Positions 22,571 to 36,000 of a stretch of 64,000 bases of DNA are shown here, piece by piece (the stretch's first letter is position 1; the number at the start of each line of letters is the position of its first letter). Position numbers and translations under genes: made by a program. The stretch comes from Lophium mytilinum (Eukaryota). Below the pieces are notes generated by a model. The model saw nothing but the letters and a program-made list of their open reading frames with translations. It ran no database searches and was not told where the DNA came from. The DNA lies in the NCBI GenBank assembly GCA_010093605.1, contig MU004181.1, forward strand, positions 558,001-622,000. Direction: 5' to 3'.

Positions 22571-24403
22571 CTAACTGATAACAAATTCTCGCTCCTTCGA
22601 TCTGTCCGTTTGATATTCGCTCCGGAGATGACCTGGGATGTATCCTGGCCCGACAAACTCAAGGCGTGAGCCGTCTTGCCTCATCACCATTGGAAGATCG
22701 ACCTCGGGCAAGATCAGAGCAACGACATCGCCAACCCGAGCTCCGGCATCGCAGATGCCCTAAATACCGTTCTCGGCAACAAAAAAGCACCGTCCACCCC
22801 TCATGACCGCATCAACATGGTGCAGTAGTGTTAGGCAGTATGCCAAAATCCGTTCCTCTGCATCAATAATGAGAGAAAAGGAGTCGGAGGGAACAGGAGA
22901 GCGCTCCATGAGTACCTCGAACTCTTCAGGATAGCTGGTACCATCTCCAAATTTCTGATCCATTGCTAAAAGGTTCCACACTGACTTGCTGTCTAGGAAG
23001 GGCACTGTTTCCTTTACCTTCTGATCAATTTCCCGAACAAAAGCTAAACTCTCTTTCGCATGCTCGTATACACGGTACGGCATCAATGAGCAGAGGGTTT
23101 CAAAATTCCGAATGATGATATTCTCTACCTTCAACCCATCGAGAGTACGTGGGCCGGCCCTTGAAAGGTCTCTAGGAGCATACGGAACGATGGTGTGGAG
23201 TGTCCCTAGCGATTGGCCCCGGATATTCAAGCATGATTTATCCACCGAAAGACCGGCAAAAGCCGCTTCTTGCTGGGAACGGCTCGTCGCAAATGAAGAA
23301 TATGGAACCACAGGAAGAAGAAACCCTGTTTTGTCGGAAAAATCGGGAACCCATGAGGGCAGCGACGAAGTTTGGCGGGTTCTTTTGCCTCCAAGGGGGA
23401 AGCGGGTTAGTGAATGCCAATCATTCCCTTGGGTCAGCATATATGTCATGGCGTCTTGGTAAACCTCTTCGAATGGTAGACTGTAGTCAACAGTTATAGC
23501 TTCGCGACGTCTCTTCGATGCTAGTCCGAGTACCCCGTAAATTGCATCCCGTGGATCTGTCACCTCGCTGCGTTTTGTGAAGGCCAACAGAGAACTGAGA
23601 GATCCCGATGGCTTATATAGCCCATCAGACCAAAAGTCCTTGCGCATGTCGTCAACAAAGGAAATCTGTAGCCTATCAAGCAATTCGCTCTCCAAGGCTA
23701 GTAAATTTACTTTCAGTACTTTTTCTCTTCGTCCGGAACGACGGCTTTTGTCGCGGAATACGTTGGACAATGAGGCGGACTTCGTTGCAGCAAAGAACTT
23801 GTCCCAAGGTACCCGGGTAAGGCCTGAGGCGACGTACACAGTTTTCGCAAGTACCACTTCTTGAATGACCCAAGTTCTCTGGAACCATTTTCGCAAAAGC
23901 AAGTGGCTGAGGGCTAATTTGATTTCAAGTTGACCAAGAGCCTTCACATCGTCCCTCAATATTGCTTTCAGAGCAATATCGCTATCGTTTTCCGGTGGTC
24001 CAAGCCAAGCGACAGTAGCATCAGCTTGCGAGTGGATTTGCTCCATCATGGAGACCTGGGAGCTTCGCTCGGCCGAGTCGGCTTGGTTAATGCAGATAGC
24101 ATCGATCCATATCGTGGGCGGTCGATCCCGGATCTGGCCTCGTTGACATGCCATAGCCTCGCATAGACTGGCGGTGATGGTCATGGTGCGCTCGTTGACA
24201 GTGATGTCCCGCTTTTCTTGTGTAGGCGGTCCCCAGACGTATGATAACGCGATCTCAAGCTGTACATCGGAAGGTATTGCATCTAGGGACATATGCTGCA
24301 TTGTACATCGCACAGCACTAAACTCCTCGCCAGCGCGTTGTGGAAGTAGCGTAAGAACTCTGATATGTCCTGGCTCTAATGGTAGATATTCGTAGGGATC
24401 CAT
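22571..24403 (-). pseudogene. HET-domain (HET-6-like) heterokaryon incompatibility gene with a premature TAG
   Basis: HIRVLTL, ALSYVWG, IWIDAICINQ, QVSMMEQIH, WFQRTWVIQE, DPRDAIYGVLGL. The frame continues past TAG 22762-22760 as GICDAGARVGDVVALI..PMVMR..FVGPGYIPG to a stop at 22571. Confidence 0.85.
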
Positions 24404-25622
24404 GTGGTCGTCTTGCTGCTGCTGTCAAATCGCAAAGTCTGTAGATCCGAGCGGCGAAGATTGACGAGGCTTTGGTGATGATGAGCCTTGAGGGTAACTC
24501 GGCGAGCGTGTCAAAGACGATTGCTGTTGACTTCTGCCCAGATGTCTCCAAATCAGAGAGAGGGTATCATAAGAAGGAAGCTGGTTTGTAATGGAGCGGC
24601 ATCTAACAAGTTCGAAGCTTCTGAACTCACATCGGCATGAGGCTGCAAGATGAAGTGGATGCCAAGACCCTAGTGCAGGCTGAAGGCCTGAGGCCTCTAA
24701 AAAGGTGTAAGATACAAATCCTAGCAAAGGACCATATTCACCAAGCAGTAGGCTCTAGCAACCCAGCCGTCTTCGGCGATGATGGAGAGCGAGAGGTCCC
24801 ACGTAGAGTAAGTTCGGTGGTTTTGGTCACGTGACGTAAAGGCAGACAGGGTTTTTGGAGATATTATTCCGAAGCGGTATGTTGTGTAGCTGGCTTTGGC
24901 TCCTCCATGAAATCAATCTGAAAAAACTCTTGGAGAAAGCAAATGAGGTTGTAATGATAGACTTGGCGGCTCGAGAAGGGTCGCCTTAAGACCGTAGAAA
25001 GCGGAGCGGAGTCTCTCTCTCTGTGGCAGAATCCGGCAGCGAGACCGTTCACTGGTCGGTAAGCATGGGAAAGGGAAGGCATCTTCGAAGATTGGGACCG
25101 TGATTCGATGGATTGCTGGATGCGGGTCTGTATAGACGTTGTGGTGTTGAGGAATTGGTACCTCGCGGGTGCAGGGGCAGGCGAGACGGGAGCTGGCTGG
25201 CACGCTGGGAAGGCTTGGGTGCGTGCGTGGGAATCTGACGTGCATCGACAAACTTACGACCCTCTGCACACCACGATAGCCCATATTAATTCGCCGTCTG
25301 CTCGAGTGCCCGCCAGCAATTGCGCAACTATCTTCACCTTCCTTGTCCGCTCTGGCATCTCTGCGCCGCGTCCCGCATCCAGCTCCTCCGGCGCTGCCGC
25401 CCTGCCGCTATCTCCATAGCCATCCACCCATCCCAACAAGGGCCTCGACGAACCTCCCGCGCTCTTCCACTCGCCACTCTATGGCTCCATAGTCGACCGC
25501 AATGTGCGCCATATCGCCCGAGTCGCCCTGACGATCCGAGTCTGTTCCTCTGGAAAACACCCATGCCGTCGCGCGCAATCTCGAACCTCGCAGCTATCAC
25601 AGCCCATGGCGACTGACCGAAC

Positions 25623-28600
25623 ATGGGTCTGCCGTCTCTGTCCTTCGTCGCGGGGCTGCTCCTGCTGGCCTACCTCTCCTCCTTCGTCCTCTTTGCCTTC
25701 ATACGCGTCGTCACCGGCGTCTCCATCCAGCGATTGGGCTACGCCGGCCTGCGACGTATTGCCTTCACCCCCAAGGACGGCCTCCGCATCGAGCTTCGCG
25801 GCATCAAGCTGACCCTCCACCGACCGACCTTTGCACAACCGACATGGCTCAGCGTCGTCTTGACCGAGCTGAAAGTCACCGTGGACTTGAGAACATTGGG
25901 GGAGAAGCCTAGAAAGCGGCACAACGGCTGGACCCATTGGTCCAATGGCTCTACGGAGAAGGACGCTGGAAACATTTCGTCCGAACCCTCCACGGAGGAA
26001 GACACCCAGGATGACACCGGGGAGTTAGACAGTCAGAGGAGCAGGACCTGGGAGACTTTGACCAAGGCCAAGGAGCGGATAAAGCGCCTTCACCGGAAGA
26101 TCAAATGGATACGCCTGGTTGATTTGGTCGCGTCGACCTCTACCCTCGCTATCGTCGACGTGGGGTCTATACAGGTTGGGAACTTCACAATGGCAGTGGA
26201 CACGCGCCGCAAGACGGTGGACCGGACTCGTCTTTTCCAACACCGCAAGTCTGGCACCAAAGGCCAAAGCCCCGCCGAGTGGATTTTTACCGTTCGGAGC
26301 ATTCTGTTTACCCCGGAAGGCAAAGACTCGACCGAGATCCTGGATCATTGCACCCTCAACGTCCACGGCCTGTTATACCAAGAGCTCGACGGTCTCCGAG
26401 ATGCCTCCATCGCCCTGAAGCTAGGCCGCCTCAGTCTCCCGTACGATGACATCAAAAACAGCATGGATCGGGCCAAGACCTGCCGTATAAATCACAGACA
26501 TACGCAGTCTCTCGAGCCCGACATCTCCTTTGTCGATGTCATGGAAGAGCTGGACCAGCCCGGAAGTCGCGAGGAAAACATCGTCCGCACTGTTTCTGAT
26601 TCTAAGGAGTTTGCGGCCTCAATTCTTCGCGGCATCCAGGAAATCCAGTTTGCTGTGAGCTTCTTCGGCTTGACCAAAGAAATCCAGCCGCTCCAATGCG
26701 ACGACGATTCCCCCATGTGGATGAACATCTCCATGAAGGAAGTTGGCATGGACCTGTTGCGCCTTGATCCTCGAAGCCCAGCCCATTTGATGTATTTTTC
26801 CCGCGACGACATCGCTCACCAGGCTCTCATTGCCGCTATTTCTATCTCGGTTGGCATCGATGATGGAAAGCATCCCGAACGCCTGCTGTACGTGCCCATG
26901 GCAACCACCACCGTTAATACCACGCTACCCTCCAAGACGCTTCAATTCTCAAATGATAAGAACGTTGCCGAAAGGAATACCAACATCCTCTTTGCTAACC
27001 TCGTCGTAACTTCGCCTTCTTTCGACTTTGACCCGAAACACCTTCCCCTCCTTACCACATTCCTGCATGGGTCGAAACATCCATCGAAGCCTCCTGCGCG
27101 GCACCACAAGCGGCACCTCTTTTCTCGTCTTCTCCCAAAAGCTAACATCAAGATTTCCATTCATGAACCTGTGATTCGTGTTACGCTCCCACCAATGGAA
27201 CCGGAAAAGAAGGGCACCGAGGAATTTGATCTCTTGATCTTTGCCATGTCTTCGGCGTCTCTCGACGTCGAGTCATCCCATTCGGCAGATGGAGACCTCC
27301 ATTACTCGCTCCTATCCACCTTCCGGGTCAATTCAAACCAGTTATACTATCAGACCGCTTGCAGCGAGAAGCATAACCTCCTCCTGATTGACGGTCTTGA
27401 GCTGAAACTTCAGCTCAGTGCATCCCCTGAGGTTGTGGTAGTGATAAATGGCAACCTTCAAACCTTCTCGCTTTACATGGTAAGGCCAGAGATTAGCGAA
27501 GGCCTTCATCAAATTGTTGCCCAACTCCAAAGCGATATGGTTCGGAAACGAAGGGCGCAAATCCGGCCCAAGCAAGGAAACTTCCTGCGCAGATGGCCTG
27601 CCTGGCTTCTCCACGCGAGCTTCCAAGGCTCAGATTTCAACTTCGAGGTAGCTGGTGTGGACCCAGAAGTCTCCAAGCATGCACGAGGTTTCGCCCTGCA
27701 CCTCGAATCATGGACTGCAGAGTACAAGCAAAACAAAGCAGACGACACCGATGCTCGACCCCAGAGACGACGCGCCCCGAGCCGTACCATCAATCGAGAC
27801 GACTATCTGCTGAGACCGTCAGCACCTTCGTCACCTCGCAGGAAGGTTGGCGACAGCACCGACGGTAGGCGTCTTGCTCTGCATTGGCATGGTTTAGAAG
27901 GCTTTGTCATGGAGGGGGCAGATACCTGGGAATCAGAACCATTCCTTTCGTTACCTCGAATTGAGGTTGCATTTACGACATCGACTGATAAACAAGGCCC
28001 TGTGTTCCATGTGAACTCCTTCGCCAAAAGTCTTTACCTTCACTACTCACTCTATCGGCATTTCTCTATAGGGGTGGCCAGTCTTGTGCTTCGGAGGACC
28101 TTCTTTCGCCAACCAGCACACTCAAATGGGGTGCCAACTACCCCGGCCGCAGTCAGGCATCTTGCTGTGCCATCGATCGATGGCGACGAGGTTGATCCAG
28201 CCACTGGCAAGAGGCCCGAAATTGTCGCCTTGGATTTCAAGGCCACGTTTGTCCAAGTCAAGGCCGACATGCCCTCTGATCCGCCACTCATGCTTCATAT
28301 CCATGGCCTCGAAACAGGTAGACACCGATGGGCGAGTCCGTTCTTCCGATCACGTCTTGTGCGACTCTACACCGAAACTCCAAACATCAAGAAGGTGTGG
28401 AGCCGCTTCGTGAGTATCAAGACACTGAGATTAGATTACCGGCAACAAAAGCGTAAATACGGCACCACTGTATCAGAGGACAAGTCGTTCGATATCGTTA
28501 CCGATGCAATCCGACTGGCAGTCCCACATCAGCTGGTACTCCACAAGGTATTCGACAATATCACTAATATTGTAAAAACAACCGAACAGCTTCACCATCG

Positions 28601-31600
28601 TTTCCTGACGGGTAACAACGACTATACGCTTGACAAGCCTCCACAAGGTCCTAAGCATGTGCCGAGAGTCTCACTTCGAAGCCAAGCCCTTCTTTTCGAG
28701 ATTGAGGACGGTTCGTTCGACTGGAAACTAGGAGTCATCTACCGACTCGGGCTGCTAGAGCAGAAGCAAAGACTCGCTAGAGAAGAAGCCTTCTGCTTGA
28801 AGCTGAAGAAACTCCAAGCAGAGGATGAAAGATCAGAGAATTCTCGACGTCGAGCAAAGTCGGCCCATCAAGCCCGTGGGAGGAGCAAGCTTCGGAAAGA
28901 AAAAGAATCGACCGTCCGCCACCAAAGCGAAGGTCGTCGTAGCGACCGCGAATCGCCGGAAGAATCTAAAGGAAAGGATCGATTCATGCGCTACAACAAC
29001 GAAGGCCTTTCTGGACTCTCCGGCACGTCCAAAACTACGGCCCAGCACGCACGAGAAAAGCTAGATCACTTGAACGCCCAGACATGGAAGAAGAGGGTTG
29101 ACCATGGTATGAGCAGCCAAAACAGGGCTATGCAAGATATCCGTTCCATCTTTTGGGGTCTGGACGAACTGCCCGACGATATCGAGCAAAAGGAAACTAT
29201 CATGGCTATACCTCAGCGCCCCGCTTTGATGGCACTCGTCATCAGCGACATAGATATCACGCTCGACAAACCTTCCTTTCCCGTACAGGACTACCCTAAG
29301 TTTCTGAATAGGATCGGAAAGGGGATGCCATTCGACATGCAGTACTCGCTCCTCATACCAACCCACGTAAAGATCAACATGGGGGAGGCACGGGTGTCGC
29401 TGAGAGATTACCCGTTGCCATTCCTGCATGTTCCCGCCATTCGTTCCGGACAGTCTCCGAGGTTGCCGAGCTTGTCTATGGAAACAGACTTCGTCATCGC
29501 AGAAGAATATAGGGATGTTGAATCCTCTCGAACCTTGCGGATAGTGGTTGTCCCTCCGGAAAAGAACGATGCTGGCCAAGAAACGGGTGGCTTTGCGGTC
29601 GATGTTAGGCGTACTGTGGCCCCCGTGAAAACATACTCCGACATGAAAATCGAAATCAACTCCGGCTATCCTACCCGTATTACGTGGGGCACGTCATATC
29701 AGCCAGCAATCCAAGACATGATGCAAGTCATTGAAGGGTTCACCAAACAAGCGATTGACCCCTCGGAGCGAGTCGGCTTTTGGGATAAAATTAGGCTGAC
29801 ATTCCATTCACGTATGAATGTGGCCTGGAAAGGAGATGGTGACGTTCACCTCATATTGAAGGGTATACTTCGTCTTCGTAGTGCTCGATGATATGCTAAC
29901 CAATTTTAAAGGCTCTCGAGATCCCTATTCGGTCACAGGACAAGGCGCTGGCTTTGTCATGTGTTGGCAGAACGATGTTCGCTGGAGCATATGCCAGGAT
30001 CCAGATCCGAGGAACTTCATGATCGTCAACAGTGGCGCCTACATTCTGGCCATTCCTGATTTAGGCCATTATGCCAGGCAAGAAGCCAGCGTGGATGCCC
30101 AGAGTTCCGAAAGCGCCTCGAGCATTTCAAGCTATAAGCAGAATGCTGTCTTCAGGAAAACTATCATGAAGCTAAGTGGGAATGTCCGCTGGATGTCGGG
30201 CCTTGTTTTCGAGAGAAACGTGGACGAGGGAGGGCGATCATTCGATTTCATACCACACTATGAAGTGATGCTAAAGCATCCCGATTATGCGAAGCCATCG
30301 AACGGAAAGGTAAGTCCTGCTTGTTTATTCTCAATTTTGATGCATACTCATCTGACCCAGGTATACGATGCCTTCCGGGGATTCCGCAGCCATCACATCC
30401 ACATGTCTGTGGCGGTGTCAGCTCCACAAGATCGCGAATGGACCGTGTCAAACCTTGAGCCATCCAAGAACTACAACAGCGTGCATCTAACCCCTCGGTT
30501 CTTCACCCACTTCTTCAGCTGGTGGTCTATGTTCTCTGGTGTCATGTCGCTGCCTATCCGCCAAGGCAAACTCTGGCCAGGCGTCGAAAAGTCCAGCAAG
30601 AAGTTTGGTCGGCATCTCGCTACCATCAAGTACAGTCTCTTGCTGTCTCCCTTGTACATGAGCCATATCTACAAGCACAAGGATGCCGAAGACTATGGCT
30701 CGGGTGTTGTATCAGCGACAGGACTGAAAGTGCGTCTTGATAGCTTCATGCTCGATCTTCATCAACGTCGTGAAGAGTTTCGCACCCAAGTCGAAGCGCC
30801 GAAAGACCAGGAAAACTTGAATCAGAACCAGACCACTGGAATGAGGATAAATCAAGCTCAACTGGACTTTATCTCGGCTGACGTGAGAGCCGTATCGGCC
30901 AGTATCAGCGGTACCAACAACTCCGATTTGGAAACGGCTACCGAAGAGATGCTTGTCTCATACCAAGACGCTCACCCTAGCGCGGATCTTGCCAAGTTCA
31001 CTATTCCTGATAATGATTGGGGTTGGGTTGATATGGACGATTTCGTAGAGCTTGGTTGGATACTACCGGCAGACCGAAACCCGGAAACGAAAATTCTGCC
31101 TCTTGCATTTGCACCACGGTTCACATACTTTCGTCAAACAGACCACCAAGACCACATCTCCGGCGACATACATCGGTCCAGTCCTTTCGGTAATGAACCC
31201 AGTCATCACTGCGTGATGTCGGCAAGAAATGACCCTCGAAGGGTACAGTGCGGCCTCATCGAACTGCGGCTGAAAAAGGTCAACGAGCAAATCGAAAGCA
31301 ATCAGCGCGCCATTGGCGAGCAAGAACTAAGAATCGTCAAAGAGCCTGAGGAGAAACAAGAAGAAGCACGACGACGTCTCACTCTCTTGCGCGAACACAA
31401 CGCCACCCTCCAAAGAAAACAAGCGCTGTTGCAGTCGATGTATGACAGCCTTGTTCAACGACTCCAAGAAAACGACCTGCGAGCAACTCCCCGTGCTAGA
31501 GAGGACACGGGAGAGGAAGAATTCTATGAGGCCCGAGAAGATTACTACGATATGGACCCAGACGCCAAAGGGCTGGACTCCGCTCCATTGGCAGATTATA

Positions 31601-34600
31601 TCAGTGACTTCAACAACAGGTTCATTATCCACAATGCCCACCTGAAATGGAGCAACTCCCTTCGAAACATAATCTTACGATACATCCACCAAGTCAGTCA
31701 GCGAAGAGGGTTCGTGTACTACATGTCTAGAAGAGCTGTTAAGTTCATACTCGACATCGTAGAGGAGCAGAAGAAGTTCAATCAACCAGCAGGGGCACCC
31801 ACGACTCCTGGCACTACTTCCAGTTTCACTCTATCTCCCCAGGAGGACGACGACCTCAACGTCCAGGATCGCGTTGACCAGCTCCTTCAAGATGGCAAAA
31901 AGTTTGTCTCCGCGAATGACCCAGTCACTGCAGAAGGTAGTAAACCATCCGGTGGCGGGGGCAATATGGGGGATGATATTGCACTTGAATTTACTGCACA
32001 GAATACGTACCACGTTCGTCTCATCGCCCCTCAAATTCAACTCCAGAGCGAGAAGAACACAAAATCCGCCGTGCTAGTCACCGCCAAAGGAATGCAATTG
32101 AAGGTCATCCAGATCATGGACAAGGACCGAGTTACGGACGACGTCAGCGGGCTCGTACAGCGCCGTTTCTCGGCAGCCATGGATAGCTTGCAGATCTTTG
32201 TCACGAATGCGAAGACCTTCACCACCGAGGACCTCCACATGTACTCCGGCAGCACATACGGTACTCCAGCTGGGTCGTCCTGGCCACCATGGGTTCCCTT
32301 CGAAGTCATGTTCGAATTCAACACTAACCCATACGGCTTTCAAAGAGTTGTCCAAAGGACATCCGCAAGTATGCGGTTCGACAAGTACAACACTCTGCGT
32401 CTCAAGTACAACGACGATGTCTCAGGGAGTGATAACGGCCCTACGAGGAGTCCAGACACACTCGAACAGCGCATCGATCATCTCTGGATTGACTTTCCAC
32501 ACGTGCGTGCGCTATGCAACTCCACACAGTATTATGCCATGTATATCATTGTTCTTGATCTGCTCCTCTACAGTGAACCTCTGGAAAAGACGAGAAGCGA
32601 GCGGCTAGAAAAGATCATGCTTGCCTCAGACTTCAGCGATCTCAAGGGAGCGCCCGAGATGGTTATCAGTCTGCAAGAGAGAATTCGGCAGCTCGAGGAA
32701 ATCAAGATGCATTTCCAGGTGAACGAGAAGTACCTGGATCGACAAGGGTGGAAAGATCGCATCACCATGGAAGCCGATCTAGCGGTATGCGAGGACGAGC
32801 TTTTCTTCATGATGAAAGCCATCACGACTTCCCAGCGAAAGATGGATGATCGAAGTCAAGGCAAGCAGTCCAATGGCCTCCTGCGGTGGTACATTTCAGC
32901 TTCCGAGATTGTCTGGCACCTTATCAAGGAGAATCAGGAGTCTCTTGCGGAGTTTCAGCTAAAGAACGCCCTCTACGATCGAACCGATAACAACGACGGC
33001 TCCAATCTCAATTCCATGGAGATCGAACGAATTCATGGCCTCAACCTCCTCTCATATGCGCTTTACCCCGAGATGATTGCGCCATACATCGACAACAACA
33101 GACCGTTTGCCGAAGGCCGCGATACCAAGATGTTACGAGTACATTGGCTCATGCTCGAGGCTATTGCTGGCATACCCGTCATGGACCATTTCGAAGTCAA
33201 TCTGTTCCCTCTAAAGTTGCAGCTTGAGCACGAGATTGGCAAAAAGCTCTTCGAGTACATCTTTCCCGGCAGCAAGAACGATGCCTCGCCGTTCCTAGTA
33301 AAGCATATGTTACCCGCACAAGAAGAAGGTGATGAGACTGAGGTCGAAAGTGGTACGCCTTCACAGCGTTCAACAACAAGTTCGCAAACCCTCGGCTCCG
33401 ACCTCACGAAGAACGGTGACGACGGCGCGGGGTCTTTACAGCTACGCCTTCAACCAACATTGAACCTCGAACCATCCAGGCCGAAAACAGCAAAATCAAC
33501 CTTCTCTCGACCAAAGTCATCTGGCCACGGCGCCCGCCCTAATCCCCATCACCTCCGTCTTTTCAGAGAAAGCACGCGCACTGGCTCGTCAATGAACCTG
33601 AGCAAATCCCTGCACCCCAACCGCGACATGTCTTCGGATGCGGTATCGCTAGCCTCTCGCCCAGGCAGCATTCGCAGCAACTCAAACATGTCAGTTGCCA
33701 CAAACTCCGAATCCGACCACGCCCCCAAACGCTTCACGCTGCACCGCACCACCACGGCCGCCAGCAAAACCGCCAGCAGCAAAGACAAAGCCGCCCGCTC
33801 GGACGACATAACACAAATGATGGAGCGCGCGTCTTCATACATGACACTCGCCTACGTCAAGATCCCCAGCATGGTGCTCTGCCTGTCGTACAAGGGCAAA
33901 GGCCAGCGCAACTTTGAAGACGTCCACGACCTCGTGTTCCGCATGCCGACCCTCGAATACCGCAACAAGACCTGGTCGAACCTCGACCTCGCCCTGCAAC
34001 TCAAGAAAGACGTCATCCGCGCCCTCATCTCGCACACCGGCGCGATTATCGGCAATAAGTTCAGCCGCCATCAACCCACCCGCCAGCAGCAGAGCCGCCT
34101 CCGCCAGATCGCGAACAGCAGCACCCTCCTCAGCACCTCGCCGGACCTGTCTGGTAATTCGGAGAGCAACTCCATGCTCGACGACGGCAGTGACGCTAGC
34201 GGCGAGACCAACGGCCTGCGCCGCAGCTTCACCTCCGGCCGCGGCAGCGTCAAGAGCCAGCCCGCCAGCCAGGCCGAGAGCTACGACTCTTCCGCGCACA
34301 ACGTCGCGTGGCGGCCTGGCTCCAGCCGCAGCGTCAACGCACTCGGCATCGAAGCCGAGGGCCGCAACTTCGCGGACGAGCTGGGGCGGGTCGACCAGAC
34401 GGAGCCGGAGCGCGCGGGCGTGCGGGGGAGCTTGAGCAGGCATCTTACGGGGATGGGCATGGGCGGGACGAGCCGGATCAGGAGTATGAGTGTGAAGAGC
34501 GGTGGGACGGCGGGGACGAGGGAGGAGGGAGGGGGTGATGAGAGTGAGGATACGTGAGTGACAGCCGGTTTGGACACGTGTGTGGGAGATGGCTAATGTG

Positions 34601-34676
34601 TGGTAGGCTTAAGCAGAAATCGAGGATTTTGCTGGGGAAGTTGGTGCATGGGTTGCCGGGGCATGGGCACTCGTAG
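25623..34676 (+). CDS. FMP27: FMP27/Hobbit/BLTP2 bridge-like lipid transfer protein, ~2966 aa
   Basis: N-terminal TM segment, GFWDKIRL, KGSRDPY, WPPWVP, Apt1-like C-terminus (PTLEYRNKTWSNLDL). Introns at 29863-29911, 30310-30360 and 34554-34606 keep the frame. Confidence 0.93.
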
Positions 34677-36000
34677 CATGGGGGGAGGGGGGTAATTTCT
34701 AATCTTCTTTGTTTGTGTAAAGAGCGGGTCTGTGATGTGCATTTCTCGGCGCTTTGTTGGGGGCATTGGTGGGCGGGCGGGTGTGTGGCGCGCGTGTGGG
34801 TGGCTTTTCTGGCATGATATGGTATGGGTGTGGAGAGGGTATATACGGTCGGATCAAACCTTGAGAGGATGCACGGCTTCTGTCATGGGGCTGCGCGAGA
34901 TCCAGCACCCATCTGTGCGCTAGGAATGTAGGATTTTCATTTGTCTATTTCCGATATCTCGAAGAGCGGATCCTGTTGTGCTTTGTTGGGGGCGGAGCTG
35001 GGAAGGTCGGTGAGCCTGTCTGTTGTCACTATCGTCGAATCATCGAATCTCATAAACTTCTTTTTGACTTTGCACGCGGGGCCCCTGTGGGGTTTTATTA
35101 CAGTCAAATGTGGTGGAACTGTTGATGTGTTACGGAGGAGGCTGCCTTGTGAATGGTAGGGGTCGCTGCGAGCTCGGGAGCTCTTGACGGAAAGGCGTTA
35201 GCGAAAAATGGGGATGCGGATGCAAAAGGGGTGTATGGCACGACGGGATTGTAAGCCTAGCTTGCTTTGTGGCAACCCTTCCTCTTGCAATCACTGACGA
35301 TTGCCCTATTAGTCTGATCGAACGGATTAAGAATTTAGACGGTAGGAAAGACGCGAGGGGCTGATTGGAGGAATAAGTTGTAGGTTCAGGTTTGTTGCGT
35401 GTTACCCCTTAGCCTCTCAGTCTCTATTCCTTCCTGTAATTAGATTAATTCAAACTAGTCGGAGTGTGGATGGTAGGTACTTATTCATAATAGTTCAGGG
35501 GTGTGTATCGAACAGATTGTGGCTGTCCAAATTCTTTCAGTCACGTTGCGGCGTCTTACATTCAATGGGACCGAGGATCGCACCAATGGATCGGCTGCCA
35601 GGTGTCGCGGTGACGAACCGTGGTTCACAGGACCAAGATCCTTCAGTGATAAAATTTCACCATTTAATCTTTAAATAGCACAAGCTGAGTGAAAGTTAGT
35701 CAAACTGTTTCTCGTCGTTTTTAGGGGTACAATAGAGTGAAAGGTCCACTCATTCATCTTGAGTAGAACTCGGTTGCTACTTCCATCAATACGGTCGCCT
35801 GTGGCCTTCACCCAACCACGCCGCGAGATCCACCCAGCGCTGCTCAGCCTGCACTCAACCTTGGATTGGACAGGCAGTGCCAACAAGCACCTTACTTTCT
35901 TCACTATCAAGCACCGTAGACCCTGGTTCATCACACCACCACCTCAACCACGGCTCCAGCAACACACAACTGTGGAACCACTGCACGACTCACCGCCAAC

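Noticed and set aside
24864..25620. Short ORFs upstream of FMP27
   Set aside because: No coherent exon chain or motif; composition fits promoter and 5' UTR.
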